DNA of 64,000 bases from a virus: positions 8,637-72,636 of the IMG/VR virus record IMGVR_UViG_3300023184_000094, one strand, 5' to 3'. The notes below the pieces were generated by a model. It did not search any database. It had not been told where the DNA came from and saw only the letters and a list, made by a program, of their open reading frames with translations. This document shows positions 30,088 through 40,195 of the stretch, in pieces. The translations under genes and the position numbers were made by a program. Each line of letters begins with the position of its first letter. The first letter of the stretch is position 1.

Positions 30088-32309
30088 TGACAATTAAGAT
30101 TAGCCAACTTGGAAATGTAGCTGCCATACAGGGCAATGTCCTGTTACCAATAGTCAGCAACATTACGGGCACTCAAACAACCGTAAAAGCCAATGTGGAT
30201 CAACTACAAAATTACATTTTAAGTAATGCCGGCAATATAACACCATTGGCCAGTAATACTTATAGCCTTGGTAACTCTACTACATGGTGGAAAGATCTTT
30301 GGATCAGCAATACAACGATTTATATTGGTGGCGTTGCTTTAGCCACAGCAGGTGGTAAATTAACCTTGGGCGGTGCCAATGTAGGCACAACTGGCTTAGA
30401 TACCTATACTGGTAATGTTAGTGGTGGAGCAGTTAGCCTAAGTGGAGCGGTAGGACCAATCCTTAGTGCGTCAGTAGTCGACGGTGGTCAAGGCTTTAGT
30501 GCAGGCCTAACATGGTTGACAGGGATTAGCCAAGTAAATGGAGCTTATTGCACTGTTAGTGCCCCAACTGTTACTGCCCCTCCAAACAGATCAATCATAA
30601 GTGTAGTAATAGTTAACCCAGGTAATGCATTCCACGTAGGTGATCTTATAACAGTGGTCAATGATAATACTCCTGATCCAGGTAACGGATATCCTGTGAG
30701 TAACGCTACTATCAGAGTTACTGAACTCATAGGCGCCCCTAAGCCAGCGATCTATGTTGGTAACACTGCTTGGAGTTTTGGTGCTGAAGGTGAGTTAACT
30801 ACTCCGGGTAATATCTTATTACCTGACAGCACAGCGATCTACAACGAAGATGAAAATACAGCAGTCTTTACCAGCAATATTCTCAGCGATACCACAGGGG
30901 TGTCAATAACAGATGGTGGCAATGCCAGTGTATATGTTGGTGGAAACACGTGGACATTTGATCCATCTGGAACTACAACATTCCCTGGTAATACAACCAT
31001 TGACATCAATGGTGATATATCAGCTGGCAATATTGATGTTTACGATGTTACGACTGACACTGTTAGTTTAGGTTCTACAGAATTATACGGTAGCAGCGGC
31101 AGTGTTATATTCAGTGAAGCGACAATAACCACCACAGTCGGAAGCCAATATTGGGGATTCAACCCAGCCGGAATTACATGGTTCTATGTAGCCGATACCG
31201 CCGGAGTTGAAGTGGGTATGCAGATCTATTGGGGAGCGTATCCAATAGGCTCGGTCACAAGTGTGACATCTGGTAACGTTTCTTGCACTCCATTACAATA
31301 TGTAACTCCAAACTTCGTTGCTAACACATTGGTATCATTTGGTAATCTTGCTTCTTTATCAACAGATACTATTTCGAGTCCAACTGGCAATGTTTCAATT
31401 GAGGGCAATGTTTCAACTGGTAATGTATCAGTGACAGGTAATATCACGGTATTGCAATGGCTCAATGCCTCACCAACAGGTAATATCAATATTGGCAGTC
31501 CAGTCAGACACAATAGTAATGTTACAGTCTTACAATGGCTGAACGGTCCCCCATCTGCTAACTTAAATATCAGTTCAGGTAGCGGACAACCTATACGATT
31601 ATTAGCAAACGCAGGTGCAAAAGCCTGGACATTTAACAGCAATGGCAGCGTAACGTTCCCAGATAATACTCTACAAACTTCTGGTTACCCTGGACAACTT
31701 TATGGTAATGCACAAGTCAGCACATATCTACCAACCTACGGTGGTAATGTTGGGCCAATTGCTGTCAGTGGTAATTTATCAGTCTTTGGCGTAGTTAATG
31801 CTGGCTTCCCAAGCGCAATATCTTATCCTGGCGTAGTAGTAAATGCTGTAAATGATGCTAACAGTTATGTGCAATTAAACATACAAAATATTAATACTGT
31901 GGGCAATTTGGTTAGCACAGATGTTATAGCTACAGCACCCAATGGCACAGATTCTAGTCGTTACATTGACATGGGCATCAACGGTAATAACTATAGTTCG
32001 AGCTCATGGACAATTAGTGGCGCAAATGACGGCTATGTTTACATTAATTCAGGTAATTTGACCCTAGGAACAGACACCCCAAATACCACGGTCAAAGTCC
32101 ACGTAGGTGGGACCTTAGCTGGTAATGTGGTCGCAACATTTAGTAATTCTAATGTGACCATTGGTGGTAATTTGATCGTAAGTAACACTTATGTTCCGAC
32201 AGCTAATAACTCAGTGGGCTCTAAAGGACAAATTAGCTACGACAGCAGTTACGTTTATGTATGTATTGCGGCCAATACTTGGCGACGTGCTAACTTGGCG
32301 ATATGGTAA
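30087..32309 (+). CDS. Tail fibre-like structural protein
   Basis: N-terminal IKISQL, G/N/T/S-rich beta repeats, C-terminal GSKGQISYDSSYVYVCIAANTWRR typical of phage fibres. Confidence 0.7.
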   Translation: MTIKISQLGNVAAIQGNVLLPIVSNITGTQTTVKANVDQLQNYILSNAGNITPLASNTYSLGNSTTWWKDLWISNTTIYIGGVALATAGGKLTLGGANVGTTGLDTYTGNVSGGAVSLSGAVGPILSASVVDGGQGFSAGLTWLTGISQVNGAYCTVSAPTVTAPPNRSIISVVIVNPGNAFHVGDLITVVNDNTPDPGNGYPVSNATIRVTELIGAPKPAIYVGNTAWSFGAEGELTTPGNILLPDSTAIYNEDENTAVFTSNILSDTTGVSITDGGNASVYVGGNTWTFDPSGTTTFPGNTTIDINGDISAGNIDVYDVTTDTVSLGSTELYGSSGSVIFSEATITTTVGSQYWGFNPAGITWFYVADTAGVEVGMQIYWGAYPIGSVTSVTSGNVSCTPLQYVTPNFVANTLVSFGNLASLSTDTISSPTGNVSIEGNVSTGNVSVTGNITVLQWLNASPTGNINIGSPVRHNSNVTVLQWLNGPPSANLNISSGSGQPIRLLANAGAKAWTFNSNGSVTFPDNTLQTSGYPGQLYGNAQVSTYLPTYGGNVGPIAVSGNLSVFGVVNAGFPSAISYPGVVVNAVNDANSYVQLNIQNINTVGNLVSTDVIATAPNGTDSSRYIDMGINGNNYSSSSWTISGANDGYVYINSGNLTLGTDTPNTTVKVHVGGTLAGNVVATFSNSNVTIGGNLIVSNTYVPTANNSVGSKGQISYDSSYVYVCIAANTWRRANLAIW

Positions 32310-32332
32310 GAAAAATCTATGGATAATATAGC

Positions 32333-32340
32333 GATAAATA
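32333..32340 (+). promoter_or_regulatory. Late promoter-like GATAAATA
   Basis: Ends 5 nt before the in-frame ATG at 32346. Confidence 0.55.
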
Positions 32341-32345
32341 AGAAT

Positions 32346-32999
32346 ATGACTACTACAACACAAGATATTCAATCAAAAAAACAACCTGATGAAAAGGGCG
32401 GTATACACCTACAGGGCCATATCAAGATATTTGATCCTGTGACCAAGGAAGTATTTGTTAATAAACGCAATGCTATCCACTATGAAAACTTCTCAGTGGC
32501 ACTGGCAGAAAATGTTGCTAATAAAGGCACCAAGTTTATCACAGAAATGCACTTTGGTAATGGTGGCACCACAGTTGACCCTACAGGCGTTATTACATAC
32601 TTGCCCACGAATACCAATGTGGCCAATGCTGATTTGTATAATCCTACTTACTTTAAAATCGTAGATGATACAAATGCAGCCAATACAGATCCAGTGAACA
32701 ACAAGATGATCGTGAATCATACTCCTGGACTAAAATATACAGATATAGTAGTAAGTTGTTTACTTGACTACGGTGAGCCAAGTGGACAAGCAGTGTTTGA
32801 CAACAGCCAGACCCTAAACGGTGATTTTGTATTCGACGAATTGGGATTATTTGGTTACTTGAATGGTGCGTCAGGATTAGGTGCAGGATTACCATTATTG
32901 ACACACGTGATTTTCAGCCCAGTGCAGAAGGCACTGAATAGGCTTATTCAAATTGAATATACCGTGAGAGTTCAAACATTAACAAACTTGACAGCATAA
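32346..32999 (+). CDS. Baseplate/tail structural protein
   Basis: ORF track gives 32319; ATG 32346 is preferred because it follows the promoter motif. FDELGL...LLTHVIFSPVQK...IEYTVRV resembles fibre-attachment/collar-type domains. Confidence 0.6.
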   Translation: MTTTTQDIQSKKQPDEKGGIHLQGHIKIFDPVTKEVFVNKRNAIHYENFSVALAENVANKGTKFITEMHFGNGGTTVDPTGVITYLPTNTNVANADLYNPTYFKIVDDTNAANTDPVNNKMIVNHTPGLKYTDIVVSCLLDYGEPSGQAVFDNSQTLNGDFVFDELGLFGYLNGASGLGAGLPLLTHVIFSPVQKALNRLIQIEYTVRVQTLTNLTA

Positions 33000-33014
33000 C
33001 TAGGATAACGAAAA

Positions 33015-34406
33015 ATGTCGTATGTAATTAACTTACCCAATGGCGGAACACTTTGCACTATACTTGATGGTACAGTGAACAATACTGCTTCCAGCTTGAC
33101 TTTAGTAGGACGTAACTATGCAGGTTACGGGGAAATCATCGCTGAGGACCTTGTAGCATTATTAGTAAACTTCTCTAACAGTGTGAGTCCAACTGCTCCT
33201 AACGTTGGACAATTATGGTATGATACCAGTAATAAGACATTAAAAGTCTGGACAGCCACTTCTGTCTGGAAAAACGTAGGTAGTTGCACAAGTCAATCAT
33301 CACCTCCAAGCACAACAGTCGCAGGCGACCTATGGTGGGATGATACCAATAAACAGTTATACTGCTATGATGGTACTACTCCTTATGCAGCCGCAGGCTG
33401 GATCTTAGTAGGCCCTGGTTACAGTGTAGTCTACGGTAAGAGTGGCGCACTTTGGGAACAGATCAGCAATGGTACAACTACATTTGATGTTGTTTCTATG
33501 TATCTCGATGGCACACGCACAGCGATAATCAGCTCATCAGCATTTACTCCAGCAACACCAATCACAGGATTTAGCAGTATTAAAGTTGGCTATAATATGA
33601 GCACAACCAGCACTGCTGGTACAATTTGGGGAACAGCTAATAATGCTAGCTATCTAGGTGACCAACCAGCGGCTAATTATTTCCGCAACAACATTAACAA
33701 CAGCGGTACAGGCACACTGACGATTTTAAACAACAGTGGGTTGACACTTGGTAACTATCAAGTTGCTACACTATCTACAGCCAGCAACACATTAACAATC
33801 ACTAATAATATCAACGGTGGTAATATCAGTGTTAAAGCTACTACAGCAGGCATCGCTACACAATACCTAAGCATCAACGGTGTTAGTGGCGCGGTTGAAG
33901 TTGCTGCCGACCCAACAACAGTGTTGGGTGTTACGACTAAACAATATGTTGATAATAGATTTATTAATGCTAACCTATGGGGCATTTCAACAGCAATAAC
34001 AGCACCAGCAGGCACAAGTAACACGATGATAGCTACCACAGAATTCGTAGCATCAGGTTTATCTGGATTATTTCCATATAAGATCTATCAAAACAATAGT
34101 TGGATGTGGATCAATGACAGCGGCACAGGATCAGCAAACTTGGTGATCGATGGATCAACAGTAATGCTAGCCACATCAACAGGTGTAAACTTGTCTAGTG
34201 GTGCTACCGTTGACGTTGCTACCGCAGGTCGCGGTGATTCAGGTGATGCTAAAGTAGCATCAACAGGTTATGTAAGAACAGCAGGACAATGGTGGGGCAA
34301 TGCGGCACATCGCAGTGCTAAGATCGTCAGCACTAGTGAACCTAATCCAGGCGTCAATGATGTAGGTTCTGCGGATGGTGACTTCTGGTTCCAAATAGAA
34401 AGTTAA
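33015..34406 (+). CDS. Tail fibre/baseplate appendage protein, paralog 1
   Basis: Shared N-terminal LVGRNYAGYGE...NFS...GQLWYD and GDLWWD repeats. Confidence 0.7.
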   Translation: MSYVINLPNGGTLCTILDGTVNNTASSLTLVGRNYAGYGEIIAEDLVALLVNFSNSVSPTAPNVGQLWYDTSNKTLKVWTATSVWKNVGSCTSQSSPPSTTVAGDLWWDDTNKQLYCYDGTTPYAAAGWILVGPGYSVVYGKSGALWEQISNGTTTFDVVSMYLDGTRTAIISSSAFTPATPITGFSSIKVGYNMSTTSTAGTIWGTANNASYLGDQPAANYFRNNINNSGTGTLTILNNSGLTLGNYQVATLSTASNTLTITNNINGGNISVKATTAGIATQYLSINGVSGAVEVAADPTTVLGVTTKQYVDNRFINANLWGISTAITAPAGTSNTMIATTEFVASGLSGLFPYKIYQNNSWMWINDSGTGSANLVIDGSTVMLATSTGVNLSSGATVDVATAGRGDSGDAKVASTGYVRTAGQWWGNAAHRSAKIVSTSEPNPGVNDVGSADGDFWFQIES

Positions 34407-34419
34407 TTAAGGCGAAAGA

Positions 34420-35694
34420 ATGGCATATTCAATAACAACAACATCTGGTAGCTTTGTAGCTACCGTTCAAGATGCGACAATCAATACATCTGCTACTCCA
34501 CTGACTTTAATTGGTAGAGATTACGCAGGCTATGGTGCTTTCTTAAATGAAAACTTTGTGCACCTCTTAGAAAATTTTGCGGCTAATACTGCCCCTGCGC
34601 AAGCAAAAAGACTCACAGGCATGCTTTGGTATGATACTCAAGTAAACACTTTGAAGGTGTGGAATATTGGCGCAAACGTTTGGAAACCTGTTGGTAGTAG
34701 TATTTCACAAGCAGGAGCACCCTTGACTGGGACCGCAGGTGATCTGTGGTTTGACACTACCAATAATCAACTATATGCTTGGAGTGAGATCAGCCTTACC
34801 TGGGTATTAATTGGACCTCCTAGCACACTACAAGGATCTGGTGCCGTTGTTACTACTATCAATGATTCTAGTTCCAATCCGCATGTAGTTATACAACTTA
34901 AAGTTGAAGACAGCATCGTAGGTATAATTAGCTATGACGCTGCATTTACCCCACAAATCACCTTATCCGGGTTCCCTACAATCAAACCAGGGTTTAATCT
35001 AAACAGTACCAGCTCAGTTGGCGCACAGTTTACAGGTGATGCCAGTAACGCACTTTATCTAAATGGTGTAGCTTCTAATCAATTCTTGCGTAGTGATCAA
35101 AATACCAGCACACCTTATAGCCTAGGCGTGGGTAATTTAATAGTTGGAACAGATTTAACAATCGCATCTCAAGCTAGCGAAGTCAGCGTTCGCGGCACTA
35201 CTAACTATAAAGACATTACTTTCTATGCAAATATTGGTGGTAATACCACAACTAAATCAATAGCTATCAGTGGCAGCACTGGCAGTGTAAGTTTTGACAA
35301 GTCAGTCAGCATCAGCGAAAATTTATCTGCAGCAGGTACACTATCAGTTACCGGAGTCAGCACATTAGTAGGTGCGGTATCTGTGCAAAATGGATTATTA
35401 CCAACCAGTGATAATACTATCGATATTGGTCTCAGCAATAAAAAATTCAACAAAATATATTCTAGTTCATTCGTTGGTAACTTAATCAACGGAAATGTAA
35501 CTGCAACCACAGCAACAATATCAGGCAATCTAACAGTAGCCGGTAATATCTTTATTAATAGCAACGTGGTTGCCACACAAAGTTATGTAACTTCAACTAT
35601 AGCTACCGCTGGTAAAAACAGCCAAGGCAACAAATACGTATCTGCATCTCCCCCAAGTGGTGGCAGTAACGGGGATATTTGGTATCAAATATAA
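34420..35694 (+). CDS. Tail fibre/baseplate appendage protein, paralog 2
   Basis: LIGRDYAGYGAFLNENFVHLLENFA, GMLWYD, GDLWFD; ends GDIWYQI. Confidence 0.7.
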   Translation: MAYSITTTSGSFVATVQDATINTSATPLTLIGRDYAGYGAFLNENFVHLLENFAANTAPAQAKRLTGMLWYDTQVNTLKVWNIGANVWKPVGSSISQAGAPLTGTAGDLWFDTTNNQLYAWSEISLTWVLIGPPSTLQGSGAVVTTINDSSSNPHVVIQLKVEDSIVGIISYDAAFTPQITLSGFPTIKPGFNLNSTSSVGAQFTGDASNALYLNGVASNQFLRSDQNTSTPYSLGVGNLIVGTDLTIASQASEVSVRGTTNYKDITFYANIGGNTTTKSIAISGSTGSVSFDKSVSISENLSAAGTLSVTGVSTLVGAVSVQNGLLPTSDNTIDIGLSNKKFNKIYSSSFVGNLINGNVTATTATISGNLTVAGNIFINSNVVATQSYVTSTIATAGKNSQGNKYVSASPPSGGSNGDIWYQI

Positions 35695-36536
35695 TGTCAA
35701 AATTATATGTATGGGACAGCAACACTCGTTCACAGGTCAAAGAACTCTATGTCAAAAATGGTGGTACTTGGGCTAATGTAAGATACGGTTATACTAACGT
35801 TAACGGTGTATGGCAACAGTTTTATCCTGACAGCATTACCACAACAACTTATAGCACTCCAGGAACTTATACCTATACTATTCCAGCTGGCGTGCATTCT
35901 GCTAACTTAACCGTTGCAGGAGCAGGTGGAGGATCAGGTGGTGGCGATGGTGGTAATCCAGCTACTGTTGGATTTGCTGGTAATGTTGTAACAGCTACTA
36001 TACAAGTAACTCCAGGAGACGTGTTTACATTTATAGTTGGTGGTGGAGGTGCCGCTGGAGCCACGACTCGTGGAACTGGGGGCGGAACTGGAGGCGTAGA
36101 TCCAGGTGGAACATATAATGGTGGCCGCGGTGGTAACGCAGGCGGGTCTGGATCATCAGGTGCTGGTGGTGGTGGCGGAGCTGCAACCACAGTAAGACTA
36201 GGTGCTACTCAAATCATCGTAGCCGCTGGTGGCGGTGGAGCTGGAGGTGCGGGATTATATAGTGGCGGATTAGGGCAAGGTGCCACAGCTTATAATGCTA
36301 CATCAACTGGAGCCCAAGGTGTAGACAAATCTGGTGACGGTGGTGGCGGCGGTGGTGGTGGTGCTGGATATCCATTAGGTGGTGGCGGAGGTGCAACACC
36401 GGGTGGTGACAGTGGTGCTTATTCTGGTATAAATGGTCAGAATTTAACACCTCTAGGTGTTACTCCTACGATTGGAACCAATGGTGGACCTGCTTCGAAT
36501 CCAGGTGGAGATGGTTACGTAACCATTGCCCCGTAA
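35694..36536 (+). CDS. Glycine-rich fibre tip / receptor-binding-like protein
   Basis: ATG overlaps the upstream TAA (TAATG), preferred over the 35679 start; long GGG-rich domain. Confidence 0.65.
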   Translation: MSKLYVWDSNTRSQVKELYVKNGGTWANVRYGYTNVNGVWQQFYPDSITTTTYSTPGTYTYTIPAGVHSANLTVAGAGGGSGGGDGGNPATVGFAGNVVTATIQVTPGDVFTFIVGGGGAAGATTRGTGGGTGGVDPGGTYNGGRGGNAGGSGSSGAGGGGGAATTVRLGATQIIVAAGGGGAGGAGLYSGGLGQGATAYNATSTGAQGVDKSGDGGGGGGGGAGYPLGGGGGATPGGDSGAYSGINGQNLTPLGVTPTIGTNGGPASNPGGDGYVTIAP

Positions 36537-36540
36537 CAGT

Positions 36541-36562
36541 GATAAATAATATAATATAAATA
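36541..36562 (+). promoter_or_regulatory. Tandem late promoter motifs GATAAATA and TATAAATA
   Basis: GATAAATA at 36541-36548 and TATAAATA at 36555-36562, before ATG 36573. Confidence 0.65.
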
Positions 36563-36572
36563 GGTTAGAAAA

Positions 36573-38009
36573 ATGACATATACAGTTACTACAACAGCGG
36601 GTGCGGTTATAGCCGATGTTCAAGACGGTACCGTAAATACCACAGCAACTAGTATTACTTTAATTGGTAAAAACTATGCTGGTTATGGTATTTTCCTTAA
36701 TGAAAACTATGTGCAACACCTAGAGAACTTCTCTAACAGCACACCACCAAATGCACCTTTAACAGGCCAACTTTGGTATGACAATGTTAACGACGTGCTA
36801 AAAGTATATAACAGTGTTAATAATATTTGGAAACCAATTTCAAGCTCAATTTCACAGTCAACAGCACCATCAAATGCTATCTCAGTCACTGGTGATATTT
36901 GGTGGGATACTACTAATGCGCAATTAAAAGTATATTCAGGCAGTGCTTGGATCACAATCGGACCATCATATACTTCAACAGCAGGTACTTCAGGTGCTGT
37001 AGTTGAAACTATATTAGATACCAGCTCAGGTAGTCATGTTGTGGTTAAATTCTATATCAGCAACAGTGCTATTGCTATCCTAAGCAAAGATTCTACATTT
37101 ACACCACAAACAGCGATTCCTGGATTTAGCACACTTATCCCAGGACTTAACTTGATCAGCCAAGCAACACTGACTGGTGCACAATTTACAGGTGCTACTA
37201 CAGGTGCTAGCACATTAGGTGGATATTCAGCTAGCCAATTCTTGCTTAAAGATACTCCACAAACTACCACAGGTGCATTAACTTTAGGTGGCGGTGCAAC
37301 TATTGGTAGCGATCTGATATTAGATGCCAGTGGAGCCTCAGTAGCAGTGGTCCAAGAAACTACAAATAACAAGAACATACGGTTTGATGTAAACTCAAAC
37401 GGTGTGCAGACAGCACTATTAACACTGGCTGCTTCGAGCAAACTATCAACATTCAGTGGTGCACTAACAGCTACGGGTAATTTAACAGCATCAAGCTACA
37501 GTATATTTAATAATGCTTTAGTCCCATCAAGCAGTGGTGCGATTAATATTGGGTCAAGCGCACTTAAATTTGCCAATGTGTATGCTAACTACCTAGTAGG
37601 TACCTCAGTCACAGCACAATACGCTGACTTGGCAGAAAGATTTGAATCAGACGTATCATACCCGGCTGGTACAGTGGTAGCACTTGGTGGTGCTAAAGAA
37701 ATTACTGCGGCCGCTGAAGATCTAACAGAAGACGTATTTGGTGTTATCAGCACTCGCGCAGCATTCTTGATGAATGGCGATGCTGGATCAAATGTAACAC
37801 ATCCAGCCGTAGCAGTCCAAGGACGTGTTCCTGTGCGTGTTACAGGACAAGTTAAGAAAGGTGATCGACTAGTTTCAGCAGGTGCTGGACTAGCCCGAGC
37901 AGCTAATCGTAGTGAAATTACAGCATTTAACGTTATCGGACGTAGCTTACAAGATAAAACGTCAGCAGGCGAAGGCACCGTAGAAGCCATTGTCAAGCTA
38001 AATAGTTAA
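36573..38009 (+). CDS. Tail fibre protein, paralog 3, with C-terminal intramolecular-chaperone-like domain
   Basis: Shared N-terminal domain (LIGKNYAGYG...ENFS); C-terminal AQYADLAERF...GVIST...GRVPVRV...KGDRLVS. Confidence 0.72.
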   Translation: MTYTVTTTAGAVIADVQDGTVNTTATSITLIGKNYAGYGIFLNENYVQHLENFSNSTPPNAPLTGQLWYDNVNDVLKVYNSVNNIWKPISSSISQSTAPSNAISVTGDIWWDTTNAQLKVYSGSAWITIGPSYTSTAGTSGAVVETILDTSSGSHVVVKFYISNSAIAILSKDSTFTPQTAIPGFSTLIPGLNLISQATLTGAQFTGATTGASTLGGYSASQFLLKDTPQTTTGALTLGGGATIGSDLILDASGASVAVVQETTNNKNIRFDVNSNGVQTALLTLAASSKLSTFSGALTATGNLTASSYSIFNNALVPSSSGAINIGSSALKFANVYANYLVGTSVTAQYADLAERFESDVSYPAGTVVALGGAKEITAAAEDLTEDVFGVISTRAAFLMNGDAGSNVTHPAVAVQGRVPVRVTGQVKKGDRLVSAGAGLARAANRSEITAFNVIGRSLQDKTSAGEGTVEAIVKLNS

Positions 38010-38026
38010 TAAAGGGTTAAAGTAAC

Positions 38027-39025
38027 ATGGCATATTCAACAGGCGGAACGATACAAGCGATTGATTTTAACTATCTGGCAGCAGGTGGTAATACTCAAGT
38101 CGCTACAGCTGCGATTAACAACGTATTTTATGTTCTAGGAACATCAAAAGGTGCATTTGGTTACGGCCAAGATTGCTCAAGTATCACCCCAGTCAGTGTT
38201 ACCCCAGCAACAACAACGATCACAGCAGCACAATGGGCAGGTCTTGTTTACCTAGTAAATCGTGGCCTAGGACATCAAAGCGGTGCCGGTGCACAGCTAG
38301 CTTCAGGTAGTAATATCGGTGTTACGCCAGGCGCTACTATATCAGCTTTTGCCAACGTCAGCACAGCGGTTACTACCATCAATACCAATGCTAATGTATT
38401 CACAGCACAAGGAACTACAACAGCTGGTAGTGTGTTAAATACCGCAGTCGTGTTTGTAGGATCCACATCAACAGCGGCTAACACATTATCATTTACTAGA
38501 ACTATAACTTTTGGCAGTGGTGATGCTGCACGTTATTTCTTCAATGCAGGCGGACAGATTAACTTTACTCTTACTGCTACAAACAACAATGCTACCCTAC
38601 GCAGTGCTGACTTGGTAACAAACTGGCAAAGCGGTCAAGGTGGTGGCAGTATCAAAGGTATCACAGCAGGTGCTAGGACTGGTTCAGGACAGACATTAAC
38701 CTCAGAAGATCTAACATTAGGTTATTGGAAATGCACAGGCGCCAATCAAAGCATGCGTAAAATTACCAGTAACAACTATCGTTACGAGTATAATACAGAC
38801 TTTACAGAAATACTTGTAAGAACAAACGGAGTCCAAGGCAGTAATAACGACAACGGAACGATAATCACATTTACCTTTAGTATTTCAATGGCTGGTGCTA
38901 TCAATGCTGCAATGACTGGCCCATATAATGACAATGTCGACGTGACATTAGGTGTAAAATTTGACATCGTTGAACCAGAAACCACATTCTTAACCAAAAC
39001 TTGGACTAATCCAACAATAGCGTAG
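38027..39025 (+). CDS. Virion structural (tail-associated) protein
   Basis: T/A/G/N-rich, with ARYFFNAGGQI motif; last gene before the terminator. Confidence 0.6.
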   Translation: MAYSTGGTIQAIDFNYLAAGGNTQVATAAINNVFYVLGTSKGAFGYGQDCSSITPVSVTPATTTITAAQWAGLVYLVNRGLGHQSGAGAQLASGSNIGVTPGATISAFANVSTAVTTINTNANVFTAQGTTTAGSVLNTAVVFVGSTSTAANTLSFTRTITFGSGDAARYFFNAGGQINFTLTATNNNATLRSADLVTNWQSGQGGGSIKGITAGARTGSGQTLTSEDLTLGYWKCTGANQSMRKITSNNYRYEYNTDFTEILVRTNGVQGSNNDNGTIITFTFSISMAGAINAAMTGPYNDNVDVTLGVKFDIVEPETTFLTKTWTNPTIA

Positions 39026-39042
39026 TAATTATACAAATATAT

Positions 39043-39074
39043 AAAAAGCACTCTTACACGAGTGCTTTTTTTTT
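39043..39074 (+). terminator. Rho-independent terminator (possibly bidirectional)
   Basis: AAAAAGCACTC-TTACAC-GAGTGCTTTTTTTTT. Confidence 0.85.
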
Positions 39075-39092
39075 GGCGGCAATATCACCACC

Positions 39093-39100
39093 GATAAATA
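39093..39100 (+). promoter_or_regulatory. Late promoter-like GATAAATA heading the modification operon
   Basis: Right after the terminator and 5 nt before ATG 39106; same motif and spacing as at 12731 and 32333. Confidence 0.6.
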
Positions 39101-39105
39101 GCTGC

Positions 39106-39420
39106 ATGAGCGATTTAGAAAAACTTACCCAAGAAATACGATTAGCTACTAACTACCAAGTTAATAAAAGGATCCTACGTGAAAAGATCCAAACAGATCT
39201 ACATGTGCCTTACAATGGTGGATTATTCAAAGCATCACCAGAGTTGATAGCATTCCTTAGTGCATGGGACACAGATGAATTATTCTTAGAAGATACATAC
39301 CAAAATCCTGTCAAGATCAATCGTAAAGAATTACTCAATAAATGCCGTGAACATTATCAGATAACGATGAACACGTGGCACGGTCAACATGAAGACATCA
39401 AGCGTGCAAGAAAAGTCTAG
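39106..39420 (+). CDS. Hypothetical protein, first gene of the modification cluster
   Basis: ATG at 39106 (MSDLEKL...) preferred over the TTG at 39073, which lies in the terminator. Confidence 0.65.
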   Translation: MSDLEKLTQEIRLATNYQVNKRILREKIQTDLHVPYNGGLFKASPELIAFLSAWDTDELFLEDTYQNPVKINRKELLNKCREHYQITMNTWHGQHEDIKRARKV

Positions 39421-40195
39421 AGGCATATTACTATTTGCTTTCAATACCAGCGAAATTGACTATGTTGAAATAGCTCGTCGTTCTGCACGATTAGTTACCC
39501 ATACATTAAATTTACCCGTTACATTAGTCACTGAGCAAGGTACCTCCGCTGACGGATTTGATCAGGTCATATACATCGACAATACCTTGCAAAATTACAA
39601 AATAGGTGAACGTGGCGCCTGGCGCAACGGTGATCGTTGGCAGGCTTATAATCTCAGCCCTTACGATGAAACTATATTAATAGACAGCGATTATCTTGTA
39701 TTAGATCAAAATCTACTTAAATTATTTGAACAAGATTTTGATTATCGTATAATGACGCACAATGATAAACCTGCAGGTGCTTGGGCCTTGAATATGGGAT
39801 TATTTGGTCTACAATATCTCTGGGCCACGGTTATCTTATTCCGTAAAACTTCACGTGCTGGTATGCTGTTTGATCTAGTAGGCCGTATACAACGCAATTA
39901 TCATTACTATTCTAGATTGTATCATATGCGAGATCGTAATTTCCGCAATGACTATGCATTTACTATCGCTGATAATATCTTAAATGGATATCAGCCCGGA
40001 GAACAAGGCATTCCTTGGAGTATGTTAACGTTTGCTGATGTAGTGACCAGCATCACTGAAAAAGACGATTTACTCACAATAAAAGAAACCGAAAAAGGTT
40101 ATGTGATCCCCCGTCAAAATATACATGTCATGGACAAAGGCTATCTACTCAGTGATAACTTTGCTAACTTTGTGGAAGCAATATGCGTAAACTAG
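39389..40195 (+). CDS. Putative GT-A fold glycosyltransferase (GT8-like)
   Basis: SPYDETILIDSDYL (DxD), WATVILF, FRNDYAF. Confidence 0.6.
   Translation: MKTSSVQEKSRGILLFAFNTSEIDYVEIARRSARLVTHTLNLPVTLVTEQGTSADGFDQVIYIDNTLQNYKIGERGAWRNGDRWQAYNLSPYDETILIDSDYLVLDQNLLKLFEQDFDYRIMTHNDKPAGAWALNMGLFGLQYLWATVILFRKTSRAGMLFDLVGRIQRNYHYYSRLYHMRDRNFRNDYAFTIADNILNGYQPGEQGIPWSMLTFADVVTSITEKDDLLTIKETEKGYVIPRQNIHVMDKGYLLSDNFANFVEAICVN

Noticed and set aside
35920-36420. GGT/GGC-rich repetitive DNA
   Set aside because: Explained by glycine-rich coding; not a tandem DNA repeat or CRISPR array.
33015-38009. Diversity-generating retroelement or invertible fibre cassette
   Set aside because: No reverse transcriptase or recombinase in the window, and no near-identical TR/VR or inverted repeats noticed; paralog similarity is at the protein level.
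30545-39051. Many antisense ORFs of 60-138 aa within the fibre genes
   Set aside because: Shadow ORFs produced by Gly/Thr/Ala/Ser codon bias; fully nested opposite clear structural genes and lacking RBSs.
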